DNA of 64,000 nucleotides from Porphyridium purpureum (Eukaryota): assembly GCA_008690995.1 (NCBI GenBank), contig VRMN01000004.1, positions 868,001-932,000 of the forward strand, in the 5' to 3' direction. Under the pieces are notes generated by a model. That model searched no databases. It was not told where the DNA came from and worked only from the letters and a program-made list of their open reading frames with translations. The position numbers and the translations under genes were made by a program. This document shows, piece after piece, positions 33,309 to 43,467 of the stretch. How positions within the stretch are numbered: the first letter of the stretch is position 1; each line of letters starts with the position of its first letter.

Positions 33309-34098
33309 TTTGCTGGCGATGATCTTTCAAGCAAAGAAAGAATGCCGCCCACCTTATTCAGCCATGAACCAAAACCGAAACCGCCGGCCCGCCCGACAGA
33401 CGGCGCAGGGAACTTAAATGCACTGCGGCGGGTTGGCCTGGCTCCTTTCTTCGTGCGGCAGAGCTGCGCGATCGCGCTCTTCGACAAGTCATCGCGCGAG
33501 AGCTCCGCCGCCGGCCGCAACGGCGTAGCTGCACAGGTTCGTGCAGAACTTTTGGAAGCTCAATCCATGTGCGCAAACGCCACCATCTGCCATCTGAACG
33601 TAGAAAGTCGCCAAGCAACTCCAGTAGTTGACGCTATTTCACAGTGCTGTCTATGAAATTGCGTTGTTTTAGTGTAAACACACGCGTGAACCGATAACGA
33701 AGCGGCGAATCGAGCACGAGGCTACCGCGGCTGTGTGAATGCGGTTCGTGCAAAGCACGAGCGTTCGGTTTCTTGACAGATACGGGTCACAGGGTGAAAC
33801 CGGCTCTTTCTGCCCTTTCAGAACTGGCCGCTGGGCAGGCCAGAACGTTGTGCACCAAGTCGATCGCCATGGACACAGACCCTATGGAGGCAAATCACTG
33901 TGGCAACCGCAGACTTACTTCAAGAAATCAAAGTGCCTCAAAGTGCCGTACAAAGAAACAATGCGTTCGGAGAAGCCCGAGGCAAACATCCGTCGCCGTT
34001 TTATAAACAGCTTCCGCACCGTCTCCGAAGCCTCAGAAATCCCGGTTTAAGTGCTCCTTCACATTCAAAAATGTGCATGTCGTCGGTCGCCCGTTCAT

Positions 34099-35967
34099 CT
34101 AGTCACAACGTGGTTGCGTTGGCGACGAAGGAACAGGATGAAAGTATCGTGTTTGAGATTCTCGAGTTGGATCACGAGCTCGCATTTCGTAGAGTTGCTG
34201 AGACACAGAACAGCGGTACTGGATGTGACCATTGGAAGCGATGGGAACCAGGCGATATCCTTCTTTGCTGACGAATGCATGGACTCGAGCTGGGTTTCCC
34301 CACACCATTTCGTATGCGCCCACGTCCTTGGTGACAACTGCTCCGGCGCCGACAAAACTGAATTCGTGTAGTGTCACGCCGCATACAATCGTGGCATTGG
34401 CGCCAACAGTTACACCGCGCTCCACGCGCGTAGTCACGAACTCGCCTTTTCGCACAATCGCACTGCGCGGGTTCCGGATGTTGGTGAATACCATCGACGG
34501 CCCCAGAAAGACATCATCACCAAGCACCACGCCGTCGTAGATGCTAACATTGTTCTGCACCTTCACTCCGTTGCCAATCTCGCACTGTCCGATAAATACA
34601 TTTTGGCCAAAGCTGCAGTTGCGACCGATCCGTGCAGCAGACATCACATGGCAAAAATGCCAAATTTTAGTCCCAGCACCAATGTGCGCACCCGAGTCAA
34701 CAACGGCAGACTCGTGCTGAAAGTATGCATCTGTCTTTGGCGCGCGCGGCATTGTAGCCATGCTTAAAAGCCGCTCCCGCTCTTGCTCTGAAGTAAGACA
34801 ACGTGCCTTGGCTCCATTCAAAATTCGCAACACATGGAATCCTTGGAGGCCATCTGTCTGCACCATTGCACCACTTCGAATACACTCTTCAAAGTGCAGA
34901 TGCTCCAGCGATAAAGGGTCCGACCAGCCCGACTTGTCAACGTTTGCCAACAAATCCTGCACGGCGCCGCTGCCCGCGTGATCTGATGGAGCGCCTTGGT
35001 CGACCAACCGCACCGTGCCGTCATGCTCCACCACGGGTGCCGTCGAAAAGTATTGTACGTGCTTGCTTGTGTCTGGATGCAGCGCATCATAAACTAAAGT
35101 ACCTCTCTCGCCAGATACAACGAACTGCCGCTGTTTGAAAGGATGAATCCAGCTGATCACAACGTGGGCGTCGATACCCAAGTCATCATTGCGGAGCGTC
35201 AGGCTGGCAAAGTCTGGCTGGACAAATCCTGTTGTTCGGCACTCGGAGGCCGAAATCACGTTGAATTCTGATGCGCGTGTGTGGCTAGTAGCATCGTGCG
35301 GGCCTGAACTCGTTTGGGACGCGACATGGAGAATCATGGCAATGTCATGCGACGCCAGACTGGACGCAACCGATTCCTCAGGTCTGAATCGGCCTAGGCT
35401 CAAGCGTGTCGCATACATGTGCCGCACACGGCCAATTCTGCCTTGTTTGATGGCACGCAACATCACTTGGAACTCGGGATCATAAATCACAAGGTGTCCA
35501 ACCATTAGCACGCGCCTGTTCGCCGAGGCCACCTCAATTAGCTTTAGAGCATGATGCTCTTCCAGGCAGATCGGCTTTTCCACCAGCACATGCTTTCCGC
35601 GCTCCAAGCAAATTCTCGCGACCTCAAAATGCTTGTGCGACGGCACCGCTACCACCACAGCACTAACGCGCGGGTCGGCAAGCGCTTCCTCCAGATCATG
35701 TGTCAAGACTACGCCGGACGCATCCCAAGAGCGAGCAAAGACAGACGCATATCCAGCTTTCTGAGAGTCGAATCCAACCAGCGAGTCACGCAAAGTGTCA
35801 AGCGCCGCCGCACTTTCGTCCACGACGCTTGCCAGTGCGCCGCGTTCGTACAAGCGTAACGTGTGGTTCCTGCCCCAGTTTCCAGCGCCTACGAGCGCAA
35901 ACGCAAGCGATTTCTCATCGTCGCATTGCTGCAAATCGTCGCTCTTCCCAGCAGCCGACGTCGTCAT
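34099..35967 (-). CDS. Fusion of Gfo/Idh/MocA dehydrogenase (WbpB/WlbA-like) and hexapeptide-repeat N-acetyltransferase (WbpD/WlbB-like)
   Basis: GAGNWG.NH, GKHVLVEKP, LMVGH, LASHD; then GTKIWHFCHV, CSFGQNVFI, VKVQNNVSIYDGV, VFLGPSMVFTN..NPRS, GNPAR. Confidence 0.9.
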   Translation of the reverse strand: MTTSAAGKSDDLQQCDDEKSLAFALVGAGNWGRNHTLRLYERGALASVVDESAAALDTLRDSLVGFDSQKAGYASVFARSWDASGVVLTHDLEEALADPRVSAVVVAVPSHKHFEVARICLERGKHVLVEKPICLEEHHALKLIEVASANRRVLMVGHLVIYDPEFQVMLRAIKQGRIGRVRHMYATRLSLGRFRPEESVASSLASHDIAMILHVASQTSSGPHDATSHTRASEFNVISASECRTTGFVQPDFASLTLRNDDLGIDAHVVISWIHPFKQRQFVVSGERGTLVYDALHPDTSKHVQYFSTAPVVEHDGTVRLVDQGAPSDHAGSGAVQDLLANVDKSGWSDPLSLEHLHFEECIRSGAMVQTDGLQGFHVLRILNGAKARCLTSEQERERLLSMATMPRAPKTDAYFQHESAVVDSGAHIGAGTKIWHFCHVMSAARIGRNCSFGQNVFIGQCEIGNGVKVQNNVSIYDGVVLGDDVFLGPSMVFTNIRNPRSAIVRKGEFVTTRVERGVTVGANATIVCGVTLHEFSFVGAGAVVTKDVGAYEMVWGNPARVHAFVSKEGYRLVPIASNGHIQYRCSVSQQLYEMRARDPTRESQTRYFHPVPSSPTQPRCD

Positions 35968-36113
35968 CGCTATCGCTGTGGGCACCCGCGCCGCCACGCA
36001 CCTCGAGTGGCATGTGACGGATGCCTCTCAAACCCTTTCGCTGTCGTGACGAACGCTCCGAACAACGTTGCGAAAGTTATGCGCAGGTGATCTCCTATCC
36101 GGCTTGAAACAGG

Positions 36114-36584
36114 ATGCGGCCGTCGCTGTTCGTACGCGAGGTGGTGAAGAACACCGGCTCGACGGCGCGCGACCACTTGGCAAACGAGCGCACGTTCCTG
36201 GCGTGGTCGCGAACGGGATTGTCGTTCATGGCCGCGTCGGCGGGTCTGTTCAGTGCGTACAGCCTTGGCGGCGGAGAGCGCACATCAACTAGTGACGTAG
36301 ATGCGCACGCACTGCTACCGCGCAGGGTGCGTGAAGTCGTGCCGTCATGCCTCTTTCTGGCCGCCAACGGCGTCGCTTTTCTGGGCTTCGCCACAAAACA
36401 CTACTTTCGCGTGATGAACGAGCTCAAGCGCGGCAACTTTGTGATCAACCGAACAGGGCTTGGTGCGTTGACCGCCTTTACGAGCGTGAACACACTGGCG
36501 GCCATTGGAATGCTGGTCAGTCCGAACCGCTTCTGGATCGTGGCGAAACCAGAGCGCAACGAAGATGCAAGCGAGTTTGGCTGA
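36114..36584 (+). CDS. DUF202 (YidH-like) membrane protein
   Basis: NTGSTARDHLANERTFLAW.RT signature plus three TM segments. Confidence 0.9.
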   Translation: MRPSLFVREVVKNTGSTARDHLANERTFLAWSRTGLSFMAASAGLFSAYSLGGGERTSTSDVDAHALLPRRVREVVPSCLFLAANGVAFLGFATKHYFRVMNELKRGNFVINRTGLGALTAFTSVNTLAAIGMLVSPNRFWIVAKPERNEDASEFG

Positions 36585-36693
36585 ATGGCTCTTAAAAAGG
36601 CACGCGTCCCGCGCACGAGCAGATGGGATAAAAGTGAAGGCCCAAGTGTGATCGAAGCAATACTAACTACTGCAGACTAAACACTGGAGCACT

Positions 36694-37404
36694 TTAGAAA
36701 CAGCAGCTACAGTCCCACGGGCACGGGCCGTTCAGTCCCTCAGGCTGATCTGCTGCTATTTCGTCGTACGTCCATACGCGATACCCTTCATCTGTGTATC
36801 TTGCCGGGCCAGCCTTACCATTTCTCCCTGGCACCGACGACCCAAGCCCTAAGCCCGGCGGTGCCCTTTTTATTGCCATGCCGCCTGACGTGGCTGCCAT
36901 TGCTTCCGACTTTGAGCGCTTTCCTGGCACCGTAGGTTTCTTGGAAGCGAAAAGTGCGTCCAGATCAAATTCGTCCGTGTCACCTCCTTCTTCGGGATCG
37001 CTTCCTCGCGCAGGAAGTCGGTCACTTGCAGACGCGGCATCCTTCTTTCCGGCTCGTGCGTGTGCGGCAATTGAACCTGCGATACCGTCCTTCGCCTCGG
37101 CCACCTCTGTCCTTCTTTGACGCGTTATGAGCTTCTTATGTGTACGTTCGATTCCATTATCGTTAACGCGTCGACTTTCAACAGCAGCCCGTTTGGTCCT
37201 AGGCACAACCGCGCCGAGTGCTGGTGCACTTGCCCTGCGTTTTTCTGGCACGTTCCGCGCCATCCGTGCCGACTTTGAAGACACCCGCTTTCCTTTCCGA
37301 GCCGCAAGGCGCCTTCTTCGCAGCAGCAGCGCGCGAATAATCTTCTCGCGCATCACGACAGTCCCGTCAATCATCTGCATCGATCTCCAATCGCGTACGC
37401 GCAT
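36694..37404 (-). CDS. DUF1764 family protein
   Basis: Basic low-complexity N-terminus, LDALF, RYTDEGYRVW, CPWDCSCCF terminus; first in-frame ATG taken as start. Confidence 0.85.
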   Translation of the reverse strand: MRVRDWRSMQMIDGTVVMREKIIRALLLRRRRLAARKGKRVSSKSARMARNVPEKRRASAPALGAVVPRTKRAAVESRRVNDNGIERTHKKLITRQRRTEVAEAKDGIAGSIAAHARAGKKDAASASDRLPARGSDPEEGGDTDEFDLDALFASKKPTVPGKRSKSEAMAATSGGMAIKRAPPGLGLGSSVPGRNGKAGPARYTDEGYRVWTYDEIAADQPEGLNGPCPWDCSCCF

Positions 37405-37987
37405 TCTCGCCGTAGCCGTCGTCGTCGCTTTCTTCACATGTGCAAATGCAATTCCGCGACGGTTCGGACTTTGCGAAGCGGAATGAGCAGGTCATCGGAT
37501 TGAGACCACTAAAATTTCTCGGGGCTGAAGAGTTTGTAGGCAACGGTTTGCAAGAGGCGGTTGCAAAGGGTCTCGGACGAGGCGTCGGACGCCAGCGAAT
37601 GAGCGAGTTGTGGCGAGGATGCAACGCAGTCACACGAAATCTGCAAAAATGCAACTATCACCAGTGAACTACGAGCAGGCTTCTCTCTTCGCGCTGCTCG
37701 TTCGCGTCGACTAGAGTCGCGAGAAAGCGACAGGTGTGAAATTACTTGCGCGCACTTGTCTTCTTCGTGAAGCGCGGGAAGAAGAGTTGGCAGCGAGGCT
37801 GTCATTCGAGGAGGTACATACGCTTTCTCGCGAAAACAGAGGAAAAGCTGTAAAAGAATCATCAGAATAGACCTTTTTTATTTCTCCTTCCGCACCAACT
37901 CTTACATCCAACCCAAGAATACCGAACAAAACCAATTCCTCGAATAATTGGCGGTCACGAGCGACGCAGGGTTGCAAAACCGAACGC

Positions 37988-38228
37988 TGTTATGCTGTGT
38001 GCGCGAGCTAGGTGAACCGTATCCAGCCAATACTAGTCAGAGACGTGACAGCATGGGAGAATCGTACAAGCATGACATCTCAGAAACGTCTGCGGCGGCT
38101 GCGATAGTTCAAGTTAGGCGAAGAGTGTTTGTCGTGAGTGGTAATAAAGGTTGGAGCGTCGACACGCGGGTGAAGAGTCGATTGCCGAGGGGACCTACCG
38201 GGTGCGTTAGAGTCACGGCTCTATAACA
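37988..38228 (+). repeat. Copia 5' LTR
   Basis: Direct repeat of 43227-43467; AATAAA at 38143. Confidence 0.97.
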
Positions 38229-38346
38229 CAAACACTTTCAACTCCTCCGAGGCGCGAAGGAGCGTGGAGTAAAGCACAACGCGTATTTGGGGGTCCGTTG
38301 TGGGACTAAAAGCTCAGACGCGTGGTGGTAGGAGAGGCCAACAAGG

Positions 38347-39444
38347 ATGGCCAGTCGAGCGAACAAGGGGAAGGAGACTTATCCGCGCAAGGGAGTCGTG
38401 GAGTCCCTCCCGATCCTAGAGTTTAATGCTGCCCATATGCGACCGGCCTATGAAGTTGTGGCATGGTTGCGGGCACTGGAGCATTATACTAAAGCAGAAT
38501 TTGGATCAATCGGAGCCATATTCGAAATGGATCAGGCACGAGCGCGTTATCCAAGCGGGCCGGGCATTCCGGCGGCGCAAGAGCCTGAGAATTGGCGAGA
38601 GAGGGAGTTTGCAAGATTGCAAATCCAAGCGTATGCCGAGTGGCACAAGCACACGACGCTTGTGCGGGAGAAGATATGTGGCTTGATTGTTGGGCAGCTG
38701 TCGCGCACTTCTCTGGATGTGCTGGAGACGATGAGCGCGTGGAAAGACCTGACTGCAGCCGGAAACGATCCACTAGAAATGAAGAAACTGATAGTGGTCA
38801 TGCACATGACACCTGTGGGAGCGAGCGACATGAAGCGCAAGACGTTCGCGCGTGCTCGCTTCCAGGAAACTGCCATGGAGAACGGTGAAACTATCGAACA
38901 ATTTCGGGAGCGTTTCTCTGCCGCTGTCATGGTGATGGCTCTTGTACAAGAAGCGGGAATGGAGGAAGAGCGCATTGCTGAAGAGTTTCTTCAAAACGTA
39001 GCTGTCGGGAAGTATGAAGAAGCGGTACGTAACGCTGCCAACACTGGTAGAGCTCTTGCGACTGTCAATGAGGTAGTTCAGTACCTTCAGACTTACCATT
39101 ATGCAACGAACACAAGCAGTAAGACCTTTGCAATACGCGCACAGAGCTCAAGCATTTCGCAGGATACACCCGTCGTGAAGCCGTGTGGCATTTGCAAGAA
39201 GAAAGGACATTACGCTCGTACGTGTCCTCTCAAGACCAAAGACAAAGGCACAAATGATTCGAAGCTCGTTCTGGAGCTGAGGAAGGAAATAGAGAGCCTG
39301 AAGGCCGAAATGGAAAAAATGGCCACCAAATCCGAGGCTTCAGGGCAGCGTCCGCGTGAAGGGCACACAAAGTTCGCTGACTGGGCCAAACATCGTGGAG
39401 ATGACGAATCGCGTGAGAGCTCAGGCACGGACTCAGAAGAGTGA
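38347..39444 (+). CDS. gag: Copia Gag
   Basis: ME.GETIEQFRERF segment; knuckle CGICKKKGHYARTC; ends at TGA in frame with pol. Confidence 0.9.
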   Translation: MASRANKGKETYPRKGVVESLPILEFNAAHMRPAYEVVAWLRALEHYTKAEFGSIGAIFEMDQARARYPSGPGIPAAQEPENWREREFARLQIQAYAEWHKHTTLVREKICGLIVGQLSRTSLDVLETMSAWKDLTAAGNDPLEMKKLIVVMHMTPVGASDMKRKTFARARFQETAMENGETIEQFRERFSAAVMVMALVQEAGMEEERIAEEFLQNVAVGKYEEAVRNAANTGRALATVNEVVQYLQTYHYATNTSSKTFAIRAQSSSISQDTPVVKPCGICKKKGHYARTCPLKTKDKGTNDSKLVLELRKEIESLKAEMEKMATKSEASGQRPREGHTKFADWAKHRGDDESRESSGTDSEE

Positions 39445-42400
39445 GGATGCGACTTGGAGCGTACGGTTCGCGTGGCTCTCCGGGCGATCAGCACAGAAGC
39501 ACAGTCGATCGGGATCGACACGATGTCCAGCGAGCATGTTTTTGCATCTCGTGCATTGCTGACGAGCATAAGAAAAACCAAAGATGTTATTTTGTTGTCC
39601 GGTATTGAGCGGGGGACGGACGGTGTTTTGATAGATGAAGTGGGAGAGACAATCTTCGGTACGGTGTATTATTCGGACAAAGTGGCAGGAAACGTTCTGT
39701 CCTTTAGCCGTTTACTGGAGTCTGGGCGCCCAGTGCGGTACTCAGTTGAGGAGGATGCGTTCTTTATTGGCACTGGAGCGCGAGGAAACGCGCCCGCGGA
39801 AGTCGGCTTCTATCGAAAGGCTCGCCTCTATGTATCAAAGTTTGATGCCAAGGAGAAGCGTTTGACGTACTCCGCGACTGCTCGTTCATACTCACCGCAG
39901 CAGGTCCCCAACGCAACCAGTGAGCCTGTACAGACCGAAGACAGTTTCACAAAACGAGAAATTAAGCGTGCTGCTGAGGCCATGGAGCTGCAACGGTGCT
40001 TGGGATATCCGTCGATTGATGTTGTGAAAACCATGCTAAGGCGAGGAGACATTGAGCATTGTGACTTCACAGTGGCTGACATCGACAGGGCAGTGTGCAT
40101 TTGGGGTAAGGATGTCTCGAGGATCAAAGGGAAGACAACGGGTCACAAGACGCCTGTGGTACGTATCGTACCGCAACGCACAGAATCCGTTGCGCAGGAG
40201 ATGCACTGTGACCTTATGTTTCTAGAAGGCTACACATTTGTCATCACCGTTGTCAAGCCGATGCATTTCATTATCACCACGATGGCAAAAGGCAAAACAG
40301 CGAAAGACATGAGTGCCGCAATGAAAAAGCAAGTTGCATTCTTGAAGGCACACAGGATAGACGTAAGGGCCGTCAAGACTGACCCCGAGTCGGGACTTTT
40401 AGCAATAGTCGAAGAATTGAGCGAAACAGGCATTTTGCTGAACCAGACCGCGAGCGCTGAGGCGGTCCCTGCGGTGGAAAGAGCGATAAGGACGGTGAAA
40501 GAGATCGCCCGCTCGACATTGTATTCCTTGCCATTTGCGTTGCCAAAGGAGCTTCTGCCTCAACTAGTTCAGTACAGCACTCACAGGTGCAATATTGTCC
40601 CTGGGACAACTGGATGGCATGACGCCGAAACACCTATGTCACGCATGACAGGTGTCAAGGCGAGCATGAAGAGAGACTTGGCTCTCAAGTTTGGCGATTA
40701 CGTACAGGCAGAGAGCGCGAAAGTGGATAATTCACTGAAAGCGCGCACTGTCGGGTGCATTGCATTGTACCCAGTTGGAAACGTGGAAGGCAGTTGGGTT
40801 TTACTCAACTTAAACAGTATGCGTGAGACAAGAAGGCAGCGGTGGCAGAAAGTGAGTATTCCTGAAGAGGTGATATCATACTTGAATGGTTTCAAGGGAA
40901 CTATATCTTTGCTACGTGACAATGAAGCTGATGCCCTGACGGACAGCGAGAACGAAATCGAAACCGCAAGCGCTCAAGAATATCCAAGGTCGCAGGGAGC
41001 ACTGAATATGTCACATACTGGTCCAATAAGTGGAACAGGAGAGCAGCTCGGCGGAGAACAGAGCGCAGCTTCAACAGGACCCGAATCTCAGCATGCTGAG
41101 ACACCACGACATGCAGTTCAAGCCGGGAGTGACAGAGAAACAAGCTGTTTACCGGCAGAAGCAGGGAGTGGCGAGGGCATGCTAGCACTGCCTCTACAAG
41201 TGGGAAGTGCGGAAAACGTTGCAGTTCCTCCAATGGAGCAAGACACAGAAACTACAGGCGGGACTAGGGATGTTCAAGTGCAACCCAGGCCCAGAGAAGG
41301 CATGTGCGATGAGATGAATCCGGTTGATTCCTGCAATGATCAAGACCTGGGCGACATTAAACTAGGCAATATGTCGGTCTCGGACGTCCCAGTACGGTCA
41401 AATGGCACAATGGACAGTGCACTTATTATCAGAGATATAACGTCAAGATTACCGCCAGTGCCTTCGCGCGGTGCGAAACGAGCACGATTCGTACAAAGCT
41501 GTGATGACACTGGCATTCGCTCATCAAAGAAAAGGCGAACCTTCAGAGCAATGTGGAGACTTGTAAAAAAGTCTAAGTGTTTAAGCGCGATAGTTCGGAA
41601 GGCATATACGGAGTACGGAACATCTGGACTTCGTGCAGTTATCAATGAGCTGATGCAGATGTCTGCTTGGGATAAAGATGTGCTAGAACCGATAACAAGA
41701 AAGCTAACAGACGACGAAAAGCGCAGTCTTTTACCTACACACATGATACTTGATGAGAAAAGGAATCCGCAGACAAACGAAGTCGTAAAGATCAAGGCAA
41801 GGCTAGTCGCAGGAGGGCACAGACAAGAGCGGGAACTGTTCCCTGATTCAGCATCACCGACGGTCAGTACAGAAGCGCTACTATCGTTGGCAGCTTTAGC
41901 CGCGCACGAGCGACGCAAGGTTGCGACTATAGACTTTCCTGGAGCGTACCTAAATGTAAGTATGCCAAAAGAAGGACCACAGGTTTTCGTTCGTCTTGAC
42001 AGGGAACTATCCAGCGTGATGGTGGAGATAGACCCGGAACTGGAGCAAGCTGTTGGACAAAGTGGAACAATAATTTGTCGGCTAAAGAAAGCCATGTACG
42101 GATGTATTACATCAGCGAAGCTGTGGTACAATCACTTGGTCAAAGATCTGCAGGATATTGGTTTCATGGTGTGCGTGAACGATCCCTGTGTTCTTAAGCG
42201 AGCAGAAGACGACATGTGGTTGGTGGTGCATGTCGATGACATCAAACTTTTTGCAAAGAATTGTGAGGACATAGCACGTTTGAGCAGCGAGTTGAAAGCG
42301 AGATACCAAGGACTGAAGGTGTGCATCAACCAGACTGTGGAATACCTGGGCCTCGTTTTTCGGTATGATGACATGGGACACGTTGAAGTTAGTATGCCGG

Positions 42401-43200
42401 CCTTTACGGATCGCTTATTGTCAGAAGCGAATGTAACGGGGAGTGCCAAGACACCGGCAACTGATAATTTGTTTGATGTACATGCAAACAGTCAGTCATT
42501 GTCCCAAAAAGAGAAAGCCACCTTTCACACTCTTGTCGCAAAATTGCTTTATCTCGCCAAAAGAATACGACCAGAATTGCTCTTGGTCACATCTCACTTA
42601 ACGAGGCGAGTGATTGCACCAAACGCAGACGACCAAGCAAAGTGGAATCGCGCTTTAAAGTACTTGGCAAGGACCACAGAGCAGGTGCTCAGACTTGGCG
42701 TGAAAACATGTCCAGAAGGTCATGTAGAAGTATCAATCTTTGTTGACGCAGCGTTTGGCGTGCATAGTGACATGCACAGCCATACCGGTTGCGTGGTTTC
42801 TCTTGGCCGTGGGGCGGTATATGCAAAGAGCAGTCGCCATACATTGGTCACTAAAAGCTCGACCGAGGCGGAACTCGTCGGTGTCAGTGATATGATGGGG
42901 CAAAGTATATGGATAGCGGCTCTCCTGACAGAGCTGGATGTGGATGTCAAACGGAAAGTCCTTTACCAAGATAACGAAGCAACGATGGCACTCATCCGGA
43001 ATGGAAGGCCTAACTCGTTTCGAACGAGGCACATCGCGTTGCGATATTTCTTCACGAGTGACCGCATTTCACGAGGGGAGCTCGACCTGAAGCATTGCCC
43101 GACGGAACTTATGTGGGCCGATATACTCACAAAGCCAGTACAAGGTCAACTGTTTCAGAAGCTTCGAGCGTGGATGCTGGGGGCCGAGGAGTCGCCATGA
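39445..43200 (+). CDS. pol: Copia Pol (PR-IN-RT-RNase H), same frame as gag
   Basis: IDTMSSEH; CDLMF..TDPE..VERAIRTVKE; KARLVAGG, DFPGAYL, KAMYG, HVDD; FVDAAFGVH, SSTEAE, QDN, ADILTKP. Confidence 0.95.
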   Translation, partial: GCDLERTVRVALRAISTEAQSIGIDTMSSEHVFASRALLTSIRKTKDVILLSGIERGTDGVLIDEVGETIFGTVYYSDKVAGNVLSFSRLLESGRPVRYSVEEDAFFIGTGARGNAPAEVGFYRKARLYVSKFDAKEKRLTYSATARSYSPQQVPNATSEPVQTEDSFTKREIKRAAEAMELQRCLGYPSIDVVKTMLRRGDIEHCDFTVADIDRAVCIWGKDVSRIKGKTTGHKTPVVRIVPQRTESVAQEMHCDLMFLEGYTFVITVVKPMHFIITTMAKGKTAKDMSAAMKKQVAFLKAHRIDVRAVKTDPESGLLAIVEELSETGILLNQTASAEAVPAVERAIRTVKEIARSTLYSLPFALPKELLPQLVQYSTHRCNIVPGTTGWHDAETPMSRMTGVKASMKRDLALKFGDYVQAESAKVDNSLKARTVGCIALYPVGNVEGSWVLLNLNSMRETRRQRWQKVSIPEEVISYLNGFKGTISLLRDNEADALTDSENEIETASAQEYPRSQGALNMSHTGPISGTGEQLGGEQSAASTGPESQHAETPRHAVQAGSDRETSCLPAEAGSGEGMLALPLQVGSAENVAVPPMEQDTETTGGTRDVQVQPRPREGMCDEMNPVDSCNDQDLGDIKLGNMSVSDVPVRSNGTMDSALIIRDITSRLPPVPSRGAKRARFVQSCDDTGIRSSKKRRTFRAMWRLVKKSKCLSAIVRKAYTEYGTSGLRAVINELMQMSAWDKDVLEPITRKLTDDEKRSLLPTHMILDEKRNPQTNEVVKIKARLVAGGHRQERELFPDSASPTVSTEALLSLAALAAHERRKVATIDFPGAYLNVSMPKEGPQVFVRLDRELSSVMVEIDPELEQAVGQSGTIICRLKKAMYGCITSAKLWYNHLVKDLQDIGFMVCVNDPCVLKRAEDDMWLVVHVDDIKLFAKNCEDIARLSSELKARYQGLKVCINQTVEYLGLVFRYDDMGHVEVSMPAFTDRLLSEANVTGSAKTPATDNLFDVHANSQSLSQKEKATFHTLVAKLLYLAKRIRPELLLVTSHLTRRVIAPNADDQAKWNRALKYLARTTEQVLRLGVKTCPEGHVEVSIFVDAAFGVHSDMHSHTGCVVSLGRGAVYAKSSRHTLVTKSSTEAELVGVSDMMGQSIWIAALLTELDVDVKRKVLYQDNEATMALIRNGRPNSFRTRHIALRYFFTSDRISRGELDLKHCPTELMWADILTKPVQGQLFQKLRAWMLGAEESP

Positions 43201-43226
43201 GCGATGCATGATGACGATTGGGAGTG

Positions 43227-43467
43227 TGTTATGCTGTGTGCGCGAGCTAGGTGAACCGTATCCAGCCAATACTAGTCAGAGACGTGACAGCATGGGAGAA
43301 TCGTACAAGCATGACATCTCAGAAACGTCTGCGGCGGCTGAGATAGTTTAAGTTAGGCGAAGAGTGTTTGTCGTGAGTGGTAATAAAGGTTGGAGCGCCG
43401 ACACGCGGGTGAAGAGTCGATTGCCGAGGGGACCTACCGGATGCGTTAGAGTCACGGCTCTATAACA
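43227..43467 (+). repeat. Copia 3' LTR, preceded by short purine-rich tract GGGAGTG
   Basis: Direct repeat of 37988-38228. Confidence 0.97.

Larger units (their letters stand above)
37988..43467 (+). mobile_element. Full-length Ty1/Copia LTR retrotransposon (5480 bp), recent insertion
   Basis: Two 241-bp LTRs with 4 differences, TGTTAT...ATAACA termini, TSD AACGC (37983-37987 and 43468-43472), order gag-PR-IN-RT-RH. Confidence 0.97.

Noticed and set aside
33739..34050. 103-aa ORF with RPYGG, faintly like ribosomal eL34
   Set aside because: Too few matching residues; cannot support
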